The position numbers and the translations under genes are program-made. From an uncultured Actinomycetota bacterium (GTDB taxonomy: Bacteria; Actinomycetota; Actinomycetes; JAFAQI01), in assembly GCA_963770565.1 (NCBI GenBank), contig CAVYQE010000011.1, positions 160,001 to 224,000 on the forward strand: DNA of 64,000 nt, read 5' to 3'. This document shows, one piece after another, positions 1 through 10,403 of this stretch (positions are counted from its first letter, which is position 1; each line of letters begins with the position of its first letter). The notes under the pieces were generated by a model, which saw only the letters and a list, made by a program, of their open reading frames with translations, was not told the DNA's origin and made no database searches.

Positions 1-162
1 TGTTGCGGCGGTGAGAAGATAGCGGCCGAGATCGGCCGCCTAACTCCAAGCCTGGCCCGACCGGAGCTGACGCAAGTGAACAGGTAGGCACCTAGATTCG
101 CAGGCAGAAGATTGGTCTGGGTTGTGTGACAACCGGATGACGGTCTCGGTCCGTTGAGACGT

Positions 163-256
163 ATGGGGATGACGAGGCCAGATGAGGCGGAGTTTCGCGC
201 CGACGTCGCGTCGCGTCAGGCCATGCTTCGGCGCACTGCGTTCCTGATGTGTGGCG
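163..256 (+). pseudogene. N-terminal relic of SigE-family ECF sigma factor
   Basis: MGMTRPDEAEFRADVASRQAMLRRTAFLMCG resembles the start of actinobacterial SigE-family sigma-70 proteins (EF..yV..R...LrRtAyLlcGD). Similarity stops after LMCG. An ECF-like AAC(131)-N18-CGTT(152) promoter precedes it. Confidence 0.6.
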
Positions 257-630
257 CTGGAGCTGCGCGACCGCGAACACGTCCTGTCGCGTCAAAGTGC
301 TTCGGGCGTGACAACGAGGGTTGCGATTCTGCTGCCGCTTGCTCGAGCGGACCGGAGGATTCTCGTTGCCGACGAACCGAGCCGCGAGGGTCTTGTCGTT
401 CCACTTCTGCTGACGCCGCCTGGCCAGATGCTCGCTGAGCGACGCCAAGACATCTGCTTTCATAACGTGGCGATCGCGGTCCGCGACGAGGAACTCGCGG
501 AAGTAGTTGAGCGCATCGGCTGACTCTGCATGCCACTCCTCGGTATCGGCCTCGACGTGTGGCGGCGGCGGAAGCATCTTGCGACCGCGTTTGTGCCAGG
601 CGACCGCAGCACAAGCATCACAAGATAGGC
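256..630 (-). pseudogene. C-terminal relic of phage/plasmid P4-family (D5-like) primase-helicase
   Basis: PPPPHVEADTEEWHAESADALNYFREFLVADRDRHVMKADVL..W.DKTLAARF resembles the C-terminal region of actinobacterial P4 primases. No N-terminal domains; frame disruptions. Confidence 0.55.
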
Positions 631-657
631 GGCGGCGGAGCGTCGGGGCCGGCTTAG

Positions 658-1015
658 GTGACCATCGGGATGGCCGGCGGCGCCGAGGTGATCACCAACA
701 GCACCGGTTTCACGCTGTATGCCCTGAGCAACTCGACGGAGAAGTCGACGTACTGGTGCACCGCGTCATGCCTGGGCACATCGAAGCCCCTGCTCACCAA
801 GGGTGCGCCGACGGTCGCCGGGGATGCGATGAGCTCGTTGCTCGGCTCGGTCTCGCGAGCCGGAATCGGCGACCAGGTCACCTACAACGGCTATCCCGTC
901 TACGCGTACGCCGGTGACTCGTCGGCGAGTCAGGACAACGGCGAAAGCCCGCCGGCCCCCTATTAGCCGAACTCCGCCCAGCGCTGGTAGGACCTCACTC
1001 CCGCAGGCGCATTCA
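658..1015 (+). pseudogene. COG4315-like Yx(FWY)xxD secreted lipoprotein, degraded
   Basis: GFTLY..., C...C, QVTYNGYPVYAYAGDS motifs. No signal peptide. In-frame TAG at 964 and again in W*DLTPAG (family ending is usually WY.v.P.G). Confidence 0.6.
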
Positions 1016-1155
1016 ACAGACGCTGGCGGCCTCGGGTCCTTGACGAGGAGAGCGTCCGGACCCCCTCCTCGACGCTCTTCTCGTCAAGAATCGGGGCAGT
1101 GCCGTCGTTGCTGCATCGGCCTGACGTCCGGGAGGGGCACGGGTAGCCTGCGCCT

Positions 1156-3270
1156 GTGCGCAAGGTCCTCATCGCCGTTCTGGCCTGCCTCGCGACCGTC
1201 GGACTGAGCCCGGTCGCCGCGCACTCCACACCCCGCAGTGCGCCCAAGCATGCGCTCTCGGTGTCAGGGAACGGCGTCGCGATGTATCCGGCGTTCAGCC
1301 CGTCGGTGCGCCGCTACGCGATCACGACGACCGACAAAACCGCCGGAGCGGTCCGGGTGACTGCGGAGACAACGGCCCGGTCCGGATCGGTATGGATCGA
1401 CGGTCAGCCCGCGGCGGGCGGCACGAAGAGGCTGTCCGGACTGAGTTCGGGTGACGAGATCTCCGTCTTCATCAAGGACTCGTCCGGGACCGCGGTCTAC
1501 TCGCTGATCTACCTGCCGCCCGGCTTCCCGACTCTCGATGTGGTGACGAAGCAGCCCGGTATCGCGCCCGGCTACGTGTTCCTGACGCTGTCCGACTTCA
1601 CCGGAACCACACCCGGCTACGACACGATCGTCGACCGGAACGGCGTACCGATATATGTGCAACAGGAGTCCAGCGTGCCGCTGGACTTCAAGCGACAGTC
1701 CAACGGCGACTACTCCGTCGGGCTCCCGACGACCTTGGCCGGCCGCACCGGCGTGCAAATCATCGACTACAACGACCAGTTCGAACAGGTCGCCGCCTAC
1801 TCAACCGTGAACGGTCTGGTGAACACGGACGGGCACGACTCGATCGTGCTGCCCAACGGCGACCGGTGGTTGCTCGCCACCGAGCCGAACTCCGACACCA
1901 AGAACCTCGACGCAGTCATCCAGGAGCAGAGCCCGACCGGTCAGGTCCTGTTCCAGTGGAGCACCGCGGACCACGTCGACCCGGCGCTCGACAGCGTGCA
2001 GAACGGGCCCGACTACGCGCACATCAACTCGATCTGGCTGATGAAGAACGGAGACATCCTGGCGTCGTTCCGCCACCTGAGCCAGGTCATGGAGATCGCG
2101 ACGCACGCGCACGGTGGGTACCAGCCGGGCGACATCGTCTGGTCGCTCGGTGGCAAGCGTCCGACGCTCCAGACGGTCGGCGATCCGCACGGCGGTCCCT
2201 GCGCTCAGCACGCCGCGAGCCAGCTGCCCAACGGCGACATCCTGATGTACGACGACGGCTCCGAGTCGATCAATGGGTCTCCGCTGCTGTGCGTCAACCC
2301 CCACGACCGCACTGGCCCGTCGATCGCACGCCCACAGACCCGCATCGTCGAGTACTCGATCAATCAGACGGACCACACCGCGACAAAGGTATGGTCGTTC
2401 CAGATCGACAACCGCGACACAGTGTTCGCCGGGTCGGCACAGCGGCTGTCGAACGGCGACACGATGATCGGCTGGGCCTCCAACACCCAGGCCCTGGCGA
2501 CCGAGGTCACGCCGTCCAAGAAGGTGGTCTGGGAGCTAAAGGACACCGCCGGGTTGTTCAGCTACCGATCGCTGAAGTTCGCCGCGCCTGACAAGATTGC
2601 GCCTGCCGTCGACCTGACCACGCCGGCCAAGGACGCGACGTACACCTACGGCGAGAAGGTCCACAGCGAGTTCATCTGCACGGACCGCGGAGGATCGAGC
2701 TTGCACTCGTGCGCGGGCTCGACGCGGGAAGGCGCGTCGCTGGACACCTCGGCGTCAGGCACGCACACGTTCACGGTCAGGGCGAAGGACGGCGCTGGCA
2801 ACACGACGACGGTCAAGCGGACCTACCACGTGGTCGGCTCGCCGTACCGTCCAGACGCCCTGATCAGGACCGCGAGTGGCCACTACGTCGGCGCAAAGAT
2901 CTATGACGCGCTCGGCATGCAGACGATCCGACAGTCGATCTCTTCCGCGACCGGCTCGGCGACCGCAGTTGTCAGGCTTCGCAATCGTGGTGCGAAAACG
3001 GACCGGCTGACGGTGCGGGGGAGTGCGGGCACGTCGACGTTCCACGTGCGCTACTTCGAGGGGCACCGGGACGTCACGACGTCGGTGGTCGCCGGGACCT
3101 TCCGGACGCCGGCTCTTGCAGCCGGTGCCGCGCTGTCGTTGCGGCTCGAGATCACGCGGACGACCCGCTCCAGGGCCGGCAACCACCACAGGTTCGCGAT
3201 CTCGGCGACCTCGACCCACGACAGCGGCATGAACGACGCCGTTGCGACTGTCGTTCGCGCACAGCACTGA
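1156..3270 (+). CDS. Secreted arylsulfotransferase (ASST)-family protein with Ig/cadherin-like domains
   Basis: Signal peptide; DYAHINSI, SFRHLS, QHAA, FAGSAQRLSNGDTMIGW and YRS motifs. TAGCCT -10 lies 6 nt before the GTG (leaderless). Confidence 0.8.
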   Translation: MRKVLIAVLACLATVGLSPVAAHSTPRSAPKHALSVSGNGVAMYPAFSPSVRRYAITTTDKTAGAVRVTAETTARSGSVWIDGQPAAGGTKRLSGLSSGDEISVFIKDSSGTAVYSLIYLPPGFPTLDVVTKQPGIAPGYVFLTLSDFTGTTPGYDTIVDRNGVPIYVQQESSVPLDFKRQSNGDYSVGLPTTLAGRTGVQIIDYNDQFEQVAAYSTVNGLVNTDGHDSIVLPNGDRWLLATEPNSDTKNLDAVIQEQSPTGQVLFQWSTADHVDPALDSVQNGPDYAHINSIWLMKNGDILASFRHLSQVMEIATHAHGGYQPGDIVWSLGGKRPTLQTVGDPHGGPCAQHAASQLPNGDILMYDDGSESINGSPLLCVNPHDRTGPSIARPQTRIVEYSINQTDHTATKVWSFQIDNRDTVFAGSAQRLSNGDTMIGWASNTQALATEVTPSKKVVWELKDTAGLFSYRSLKFAAPDKIAPAVDLTTPAKDATYTYGEKVHSEFICTDRGGSSLHSCAGSTREGASLDTSASGTHTFTVRAKDGAGNTTTVKRTYHVVGSPYRPDALIRTASGHYVGAKIYDALGMQTIRQSISSATGSATAVVRLRNRGAKTDRLTVRGSAGTSTFHVRYFEGHRDVTTSVVAGTFRTPALAAGAALSLRLEITRTTRSRAGNHHRFAISATSTHDSGMNDAVATVVRAQH

Positions 3271-3380
3271 CCGGGCCGCGCCTGGCCCACCCGCTCAGAT
3301 GCGGGCGCCCACCGGCAGCGTGACCTCAGCTCGGGTCCTGCGCTTAGCGTCGAGCGGCTCAGAGGGTGCGTAAGCAGCAC

Positions 3381-3500
3381 CTCGCCGGGGACCAACGCGG
3401 CGAGCAACGCGTGCAGTCGACCGACCGCTTGGGTCCGCAGCGCGGTCATGTCCTGCTGACGATCGGCGAGCAACCGCACTACCATCACGTGGTCCTCAGT
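3381..3500 (-). mobile_element. IS110-family transposase internal fragment
   Basis: EDHVMVVRLLADRQQDMTALRTQAVGRLHALLAALVPG matches the coiled-coil region of actinobacterial IS110 transposases. The rest of the gene is absent. Confidence 0.65.
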
Positions 3501-3539
3501 GTCGGGAACCCGCCAACCGAGCACGGCCGTGAGGGGCGG

Positions 3540-3758
3540 TCAGTGATCGCGAAGACCCACTCGTGGAACCCGTCGACGAGCGGAATCTGCCGATCGACGA
3601 CCAGGGACACGCCGCTCGACGTGGATGCCGACACGGGCGACGGTGAAGCGAGCGAGGAAGGTGTTCGCCCGGTCGGCCGCACGACTCGAGCTAGAACCCG
3701 GGTCGCAGCCCGCTAGCCCGACAACGAGGACGGCGCCGACGACCAAACCCACCCTCAT
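3540..3758 (-). pseudogene. Probable frameshifted lipoprotein fragment
   Basis: MRVGLVVGAVLVVGLAGC lipobox followed by a short frame that loses plausibility. Confidence 0.3.
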
Positions 3759-3847
3759 GGAAGTAAGACGCCGCCACAGGAGGTGCGGTTGGCGCACCCC
3801 GAGTCGATGACAACCCGGCGCCGGTAGCAGTACTTCGGTTCGGTCGA

Positions 3848-4123
3848 TCAGGGTGCCTGGTGATTGCGCGCTGCCCTCGGCGGGGCGAGCCCACGCGCTC
3901 GACGTGACGCACGGTCGACGAGGAACAGAACTCCAAAGACGATCACAGCCACGACAAGCGCGACAACGAGTCCCTCCGCCCAGTGGTGAGTGGTGTGCGC
4001 GGTCAGCGGCTCGCTGTTTGAGGACCTGATGGGCGAACTGTAGTCACCATTGAAGGGATGCCGTGCAGCAACGAAGCCGCACGCCAGACCCATGACTATC
4101 GCGGCGACACCCCGGACTGCCAC
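3848..4123 (-). CDS. Hypothetical small 2-TM membrane protein
   Basis: Two hydrophobic segments in the ORF. Confidence 0.4.
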   Translation of the reverse strand: MAVRGVAAIVMGLACGFVAARHPFNGDYSSPIRSSNSEPLTAHTTHHWAEGLVVALVVAVIVFGVLFLVDRASRRARGLAPPRAARNHQAP

Positions 4124-4572
4124 GCGACGCGATTAAGCCACGTCCGGACGATACGCCGCGACAGAGGCCGGACCAACGCGCTGACCCGGACCGAACGGCA
4201 CGTACGCGCGCTTCCCTGATCTTCGTGTTCGCGACCACTTCTACGGCGTGTCGAGCGAAAACCGGTAACGAAGGCGAAGATTAGCGGCGGACGGAACGGT
4301 AGCCGGTTCTGTTCGGTCGCGATGGGCAGTTCCGCGGGTTGGCGCGGTGCGGTGGGTTGTTGCCCGTGGCAGCGGCGACTACTTGAGTCGCCTTGACGTG
4401 CACCTGCGGATCGCAGTTCGGCGTCTGATGGTCAGGGCTGACGGCACCTTCCTCGTCCATGCAGAGGCAAAAAGTGGCGCCGATTGGATGTCGAGATCCG
4501 CTGACCACGGCTGAAGGTCTCGATACCGTCAGATCGGTACTGCCCGCTGAAAAAGGAATGAGGGGTCCTGAC

Positions 4573-4998
4573 GTGAATGCCCGGATGATCGTGCCCGTGA
4601 CCGGTGTCGTTGTCACGACCACTCTGGCGACGCTCGCCGGGCCGGCATCTGGGTCCGTCCCAGCGGGCCGTCCGGCTGGGTCGCACCCGTTGCGAGTCAA
4701 GGTCGAGTCGCTCTACCGGCCCTGCCACAAGAATTGGCTGGTCGGCACGTTCAAGGTGTCTGGTCTTCACAAGGGTCAGGATCAGATCGATGCCACCACC
4801 GCATCATCCGCAGTGCTGCTCCATACCTTTACCGCCCGTAAGTCGACGGTCACGCTGAGGAAGATCGCGCTGAAATACCAGTTCCCGAAGGGCGAACCGA
4901 CCCCGAGCGGGAACCTGAACGTCTACGTCGTTCAGGTCAAGGGCAGGCGTCAACCGAGCGCTGTCGTGCCGGTGACGGTGACCGGCTGCAAGAAGTAG
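4573..4998 (+). CDS. Hypothetical secreted basic protein
   Basis: GAGGGG RBS before GTG AAT GCC; signal-like N-terminus; Lys-rich beta-type sequence with two Cys. Confidence 0.55.
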   Translation: MNARMIVPVTGVVVTTTLATLAGPASGSVPAGRPAGSHPLRVKVESLYRPCHKNWLVGTFKVSGLHKGQDQIDATTASSAVLLHTFTARKSTVTLRKIALKYQFPKGEPTPSGNLNVYVVQVKGRRQPSAVVPVTVTGCKK

Positions 4999-5107
4999 CC
5001 CGAGTCACCAACATCCAGCACCGGCAGCGCGACCCGTTGACCAGGCTTTCGGCACCGCCCGGGCCCCCCGCTTGTTCGTGCCGGTCGGCGGCTCGTAGAT
5101 TACGGCG

Positions 5108-6646
5108 GTGCCGTCCGGTGATGAGTTCGACTGGCATCCCGAGCCGGATCTCATCGACTTCCACGATCCCGCCAGCCGCGTGGCGCTGGAACAGCTCGGC
5201 GACGACACCTGGTCGGTCGCGATGGACTACCTGTATGACCACGCGTTCGTCCGCCCGGTCGGGCCGCTGACCTATCCCGAGCTCCGCCAGGCCTACTTCG
5301 GGGCGAGCGGGTTGCCGGGTCCGGCGCCGGCCGAGCCGTCGACCGCAGCCGAGGTTCTGCAGGACATCCGCGACCGGATGCTGCCCTACGCCTACAACGC
5401 CCATCACCTGCGGTCGTTCAGCTACTTCACCACCCCGCCACTTCCGATCTCTGCGGCCGGCGACGCGCTCGCGGCCTGGCTGCACCAGAGCGTCGATGTC
5501 TTTCACGCCGGGCCGATCGGCACCCTGGTCGAGGAGGAGGTCGCGACCTGGCTTCGTGACCTGGTCGGGGTCGGGTCGGACGGCTGGGCCGTGCTCACCT
5601 CCGGCGGCGTGATGGCCAACCTGATGGCGATGACGGTGATGCGCGACATCGCACTCACCGAACGGCTCCGCGCGGCCGCGCCGCCGCGCGGCGGGCAGCT
5701 CGAAGGGGTCCGGGTCTACTGCTCGGACCAGGCGCACTTCTCGATCCGACGGGCGCTCGACCTGCTCGGCTTTCCGGTCGAGACATTGCGGGTCATCGAG
5801 AGTGACGACGGCTTCCGGCTGCCGCCGGCCGCGGTTGCCGACGCGGTCACGGCGGACCGCGCGGCTGGCTTGCTCCCGCTCGGGCTGTGCGCGGTCAGCG
5901 GCACGACCAACACCGGCACGGTCGACCCGGTGCCCGACCTCGCCGACCTCGCTGATCGCGAAAAGCTGTGGTTCCACGTCGATGCGGCGTACGGCGGGGC
6001 GGCGTTGCTGTCCGCTCGCGACGCCGGCCGGGTCCCGGGGTTGGATCGCGCCGACTCGGTGACGATCGATCCGCACAAGTGGTTCTTCCAGGCCTATGAC
6101 ATCGGTGCGCTCGTCGTGCGCCGGCGCGAGGACCTGCATCGGACTTTCGTGCGGCGGCCCGAGTATTACCGCTCGACCCGGCCGCAGGACGAGGCAATCA
6201 GCTGGATGGAGTTCTCGGTCGAGGGAACAAGGCGGTTCCGCGCACTGAAGTTGTGGATGTCGTGGCGGCACCTCGGCGGCCGCGGATTGGGTCGCCTGGT
6301 CGAACGGACGAACGACCTCGCCGCGGCGCTGAGCGCAATGCTCCGCGACAGCGACGACTTCGAGCTGGTGGTGGATCAGCCCGACCTGTCGATCGTGTGC
6401 TTCCGGCACCGGCCGGCCGGCGTCGACGATCCGGTCGCGGTCGACGCGCACCAGGACGCGCTCCAACGGGCGTTGGAGGAGTCCGGTCAGGCCTGGGTGT
6501 CGACGACCCGGCTGCGGGGGCGGACCTGGTTGCGCGCAGGCGTGGTCAACCACATGTCGACGACCGAGGATCTCGCCGCGCTGCTCGGCTCACTTCGCAC
6601 GCTGGCTGCGCACGCGGACGAGGGTCCGTCGGCTACGTCACCTTGA
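5108..6646 (+). CDS. Group II PLP-dependent decarboxylase (aromatic amino acid/DAB decarboxylase family)
   Basis: TSGG..AN, SDQAHFS, HVDAAYGG and DPHKW (PLP Lys) motifs. TAGATT -10 lies 6 nt upstream. Confidence 0.9.
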   Translation: MPSGDEFDWHPEPDLIDFHDPASRVALEQLGDDTWSVAMDYLYDHAFVRPVGPLTYPELRQAYFGASGLPGPAPAEPSTAAEVLQDIRDRMLPYAYNAHHLRSFSYFTTPPLPISAAGDALAAWLHQSVDVFHAGPIGTLVEEEVATWLRDLVGVGSDGWAVLTSGGVMANLMAMTVMRDIALTERLRAAAPPRGGQLEGVRVYCSDQAHFSIRRALDLLGFPVETLRVIESDDGFRLPPAAVADAVTADRAAGLLPLGLCAVSGTTNTGTVDPVPDLADLADREKLWFHVDAAYGGAALLSARDAGRVPGLDRADSVTIDPHKWFFQAYDIGALVVRRREDLHRTFVRRPEYYRSTRPQDEAISWMEFSVEGTRRFRALKLWMSWRHLGGRGLGRLVERTNDLAAALSAMLRDSDDFELVVDQPDLSIVCFRHRPAGVDDPVAVDAHQDALQRALEESGQAWVSTTRLRGRTWLRAGVVNHMSTTEDLAALLGSLRTLAAHADEGPSATSP

Positions 6647-8381
6647 CGTGCAGCCTGGTCTTCGCGCTGCGCCCGTAGTTGTCCTTGACCGTCAGGGTGA
6701 TCGTCCGGCTGCCCTTCTTGGCGTAGGTGTGTGACGGTGCCGCGCCGGTCGAGGTGGTCCCGTCGCCCCAGTTCCAGGAGTACGACGAGATCGAGCCGCC
6801 CGGGAAGGGATCGGTCGAGGAGTGCGCGCTGAACGAGGCGGCGTGACCGTGCTTGATCGCGCCGGCATGCTTGATCGTCGCGGTCGGCGACATCGGGGTG
6901 AAGACGGTCGTGCCCTTCGGAGTGCCGACGCCGGCGACGCCGTCATAACCGGGTTGCGCGTAGCACTGAGCCCGGTGGGCGAGCACCGCTGATCCGCTCG
7001 CCCCGAACCCGCAGTCCACGGTCCCGTCGCCAAGCGCGTTCGGGTTGTTGCTCCAGTAGTCGAAGCAACCCGCCGGGTTCTCGATCCCGCAGAATCCGGT
7101 GCCTCCGACGGTCACGTCGTAGGTGTGCGCGGTGTGGTCGCTGGCAAAGTGGCCGTACAGCGAGAGCGACGGATACGCGACCCCCTTGGGGCCGCCGGCG
7201 AGGGCCCACATCGCGGCGATCACTGGCGACGCGAGCGACGTACCGCCGATCGTGGACCACGAACCGGTCCCGGCCGGGTAGGTCTCGAAGATGTCGTAGC
7301 CGGTGAACGGGTCGGCGACCGCGGCGATATCGACCGCCGAACGCATGCCGGCGGCGCAGCCCAGCGAGCCGTATCCGGACACGTGTGACTGCCACGGTTT
7401 GGCCGACGAAATGGTGCTGCATCCGCTGCCGGCCGCACCGAGGTCGAACCCGGCGAAGTTGGCGAACGCGTCGGCCGGCCCGTTGGTGTTCCAGACCTGC
7501 TCCGATGCCCGGGAGCCGTTCGGGTTGAGGTAGAGCGACGTGCCACCGACCCCGACGACCGTGGGGTAGACCGCCGGCGCGTTCGGTCCGGTCGACGGCG
7601 CGGTGCTGTCGTTGATCACGTCCCAGTCGTACCAGCCGTCGTCGCCGCTCGACGCCACGATCGCCACGCCTGGATGGTTGTAGGCGGCCTGAACGGTGGG
7701 GGTGTCGTTCACCGGGTTCTCGGCCGCGCCGTAGGAGTTCGATACCACCGTGGCGCCCATCGTCACGGCTCGATTCACGCCGGTCGCCAGATCCGCGAAG
7801 GAGTTCGAGTTCGTCTCCACCAGCAGGATCTTGCATTTGTGGCACAGCCCGCGGACGGCCTGGACGTCGAGCGTGATCTCACCGGCCCAGTCGCCGTCGG
7901 CGGTCGGCAGGGTCGCGCCACCGTCCTGGTTCACCACCCGGAACGAGCTCGCGGTCTCGGCCGGAATCCCGTAGTGGGAGTCGAAGGAAGCGAGGTCGGT
8001 GCCGACCGACGGGTCGTCGAAGGCGTCGACGATGCCGACCGTCACGCCGCTCGCCGCACTGGAGGCGACCGAGAGACCGTAGGCCGCGGCCAGCTGCGCC
8101 GGGCTGTAGCCCCCGGTCGGGCCGGCTCCGGGCGATGAGCGCCGCATTGCCCGCGGGGTGTTCGCCGCCACGGCGGCGGAGCTCGTACGGACCAGCCTGA
8201 TCCCGTCGCAGGCCGCGGTGCCCGGCGTGGGCGTGCCGCACATCCGCTCGGGCACCCACACCGTTCCGCCTGGAGCGGTCGCGGCGGCCGCCTGAGGGGC
8301 GACCAATGCTCCGGCCGCAACCGCCGCGATCCCGGCGACGCGAACGAGCTGGCGCCGCGTCGTACGTCGTGCTTCGGCCAT
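6633..8381 (-). CDS. S53 (sedolisin-like) serine protease with C-terminal PKD domain
   Basis: EITLDVQ, SNSYG, SSGDDG, GGTSLASP and GYDGVAGVGTP motifs; PKD YSWNWGDG; Tat-like TRRQLV signal. Confidence 0.9.
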   Translation of the reverse strand: MAEARRTTRRQLVRVAGIAAVAAGALVAPQAAAATAPGGTVWVPERMCGTPTPGTAACDGIRLVRTSSAAVAANTPRAMRRSSPGAGPTGGYSPAQLAAAYGLSVASSAASGVTVGIVDAFDDPSVGTDLASFDSHYGIPAETASSFRVVNQDGGATLPTADGDWAGEITLDVQAVRGLCHKCKILLVETNSNSFADLATGVNRAVTMGATVVSNSYGAAENPVNDTPTVQAAYNHPGVAIVASSGDDGWYDWDVINDSTAPSTGPNAPAVYPTVVGVGGTSLYLNPNGSRASEQVWNTNGPADAFANFAGFDLGAAGSGCSTISSAKPWQSHVSGYGSLGCAAGMRSAVDIAAVADPFTGYDIFETYPAGTGSWSTIGGTSLASPVIAAMWALAGGPKGVAYPSLSLYGHFASDHTAHTYDVTVGGTGFCGIENPAGCFDYWSNNPNALGDGTVDCGFGASGSAVLAHRAQCYAQPGYDGVAGVGTPKGTTVFTPMSPTATIKHAGAIKHGHAASFSAHSSTDPFPGGSISSYSWNWGDGTTSTGAAPSHTYAKKGSRTITLTVKDNYGRSAKTRLHVKVT

Positions 8382-8570
8382 GGTTGAACGCCCCCTTGTG
8401 CTGGTTTCCCAGCGATCCGATCCGAGCCGGTCCCTCCGGCTCACCTTAGAGGCTCCGGGGAGGCGATTTGCTGACGTTTGGAGGATCCGTCCGGGACCTT
8501 CGACCTATCGATGCCAGCGGCCGCGGTGTCGATGGACACGCGAGGACCGGGCGAGGGAGGGCGAGCACGG

Positions 8571-9734
8571 ATGGCGACATCGAGTCAGACCGTGCTGCCG
8601 GCGCCGCGGCGCGGCCGCCATCCGGCCGTGCATCCGGCCGTGCATCCGGCCGTGCATCGCGCGGTGCATCCAGCGGTGTGGCCGGCGGTCGCGGTCGGCG
8701 TCTTCGCGATCTGGATCGCGACCTCGCTCGGCGGCGCCGAGGTCACCCGGTACGTCGACGACCTGGCGACCGCAGCGGCCGCCGGCACGGCCGCGGTGCT
8801 CTGCCTGAGCGCCGCGCGGCGTCACCACGGGCGCAACCGCACCTTCTGGGCGTTGCTCGGCGCAGCCGCGGTGTCCTGGACCTTTGCTGAAGGTGCCTGG
8901 GCGGTCTACGACCTCGTCATCGGCGGGCCGGTACCGATCCCGTCGTACGCCGACATCGGATACTTGGGAGCGATCCCGCTGACCCTGGCCGCGCTCATCA
9001 TGCATCCCGCGAGCCATGGCAGCCGTCCGGCCCGGGCTCGCGCGTTCCTCGACGGGTCGATCCTCGCGACCGCCCTGCTGTTCTTGAGCTGGTCGTTCGT
9101 CTTGCACGACGTGTGGGCAAACAACGACTTGAGCACGTTGGGCGGGATCGTCACCCTGACCTATCCGTTCGGTGACGTGATCATCGTGTTCCTGCTGATC
9201 CGAGCGCTGCGCTGGCTCGAGGGCCGGGACCGGGTCGCGGTGGCCTGGATCCTGCTCGGACTGCTGGCGATCTCGTTCTCGGACAGCGGCTACACCTACC
9301 TCACGGTCATCCACAATTACCGGTCCGGGAACCTGATCGATATCGGGTGGCTCGCCGGATATCTCGGCATCGCACTCGGTGGCTGGTACGGCAGCCGGTC
9401 GAGTTGGGTCCGGCGCCGTCCGCCGTCGCAGGCGGGCCAGTCGCTCTCCGTGCTGATGCCGTTCCTCCCGCTCATGCTCGCGCTCGGCGTGCTCACCGTC
9501 CGAGCGCGGATCGATGACTCGATCGACCGCACGTCGCTGGTCCTGGCATTCGTCATGATCGGGTCCGTGCTGATCCGCCAGGCGATGCTGTTGGTCGACC
9601 GAGGACCGCAGCCGGCCCCCGAACCGCCGGGCAACGAAGACAGCGCCGCGGACCCCGCGCCGGTTGAGGTCGCGGACCCCACGCCGGTTGGCAAGGCCTC
9701 GGACTTGACCGCCATGGGTCGCGGGTCACGATGA
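8571..9734 (+). CDS. Multi-TM membrane protein resembling the sensory N-terminus of actinobacterial GGDEF/EAL proteins, without output domain
   Basis: About 9 TM segments; PSYADIGYL, LDG, YPFGD, SDSGY and D.GW motifs; ends in a short Pro/Ala tail. Confidence 0.7.
   Translation: MATSSQTVLPAPRRGRHPAVHPAVHPAVHRAVHPAVWPAVAVGVFAIWIATSLGGAEVTRYVDDLATAAAAGTAAVLCLSAARRHHGRNRTFWALLGAAAVSWTFAEGAWAVYDLVIGGPVPIPSYADIGYLGAIPLTLAALIMHPASHGSRPARARAFLDGSILATALLFLSWSFVLHDVWANNDLSTLGGIVTLTYPFGDVIIVFLLIRALRWLEGRDRVAVAWILLGLLAISFSDSGYTYLTVIHNYRSGNLIDIGWLAGYLGIALGGWYGSRSSWVRRRPPSQAGQSLSVLMPFLPLMLALGVLTVRARIDDSIDRTSLVLAFVMIGSVLIRQAMLLVDRGPQPAPEPPGNEDSAADPAPVEVADPTPVGKASDLTAMGRGSR
8619..8690 (+). repeat. 12-bp coding tandem repeat (CATCCGGCCGTG, HPAV) x about 6
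   Basis: Three perfect and about three degenerate copies read directly. Confidence 0.85.
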
Positions 9735-9931
9735 CGCGAACCGCCCGGTGGGTGCCCAACTCGACCGATGACAGGATGGTCGGGATCCAGGTGCGGCTGG
9801 CCCGAAACGCCAAGAGCGAGCAGTTCGAGCGGGCCCGCCGGGCCGCGAATCGGATCTCGTCGATCCTCGGGATCGCCGCGTCGGTGGTATCGATGTACGA
9901 CCTGTTGCTGCTCACTCGAGTGGGTCACTGA
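9731..9931 (+). CDS. Small hypothetical protein with C-terminal hydrophobic helix
   Basis: ATGA overlap with the upstream gene (translational coupling). Confidence 0.6.
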   Translation: MTRTARWVPNSTDDRMVGIQVRLARNAKSEQFERARRAANRISSILGIAASVVSMYDLLLLTRVGH

Positions 9932-9959
9932 CCGACCAGGCCCGGCTTAGGCTCGCCTC

Positions 9960-10394
9960 GTGACCACCGTCTCGGGACTCGACTCGTCGGATCGCGCGGA
10001 CTGGGAGATCCTCTTTCGCGCCTACATCGACTTCTACGGCCGAACCGAGCCTCAGGAGATGTACGACCGGGCGTGGGCGGAGTTCATGGCCGGGGAACGC
10101 ATGCACGCCCTCGGCGCGAGGGCCGACGGCCGGCTGGTCGGCATCACCCACTTCCTGGTGCACGCCAGCACCTCGGGCCCCGACGTCTGCTATCTCCAGG
10201 ACCTGTTCACCGTGGCCGACGTCCGTGGCCGGGGGGTCGGCCGGGCCCTGATCGAGGCGGTCGCGGCTTGGGCCCGAGAGCAAGACTGTTCGAGGGTCTA
10301 CTGGGCCACCCAGGAGTCGAACGTCACCGCGCGGCAGCTCTACGACCGGGTCGCGGAGTTCCAGGGATTCATCATCTATCGAATGCCGCTGTGA
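9960..10394 (+). CDS. GNAT N-acetyltransferase
   Basis: CYLQDLFT..RGRGVGRALI and VYWATQESN.TAR.LYD motifs. Confidence 0.9.
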   Translation: MTTVSGLDSSDRADWEILFRAYIDFYGRTEPQEMYDRAWAEFMAGERMHALGARADGRLVGITHFLVHASTSGPDVCYLQDLFTVADVRGRGVGRALIEAVAAWAREQDCSRVYWATQESNVTARQLYDRVAEFQGFIIYRMPL

Positions 10395-10403
10395 GCTCGT
10401 GGA

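Noticed and set aside
958-995. Amber (TAG) recoding in the lipoprotein gene
   Set aside because: TAG is a normal stop in many intact genes here, and the gene has other signs of decay.
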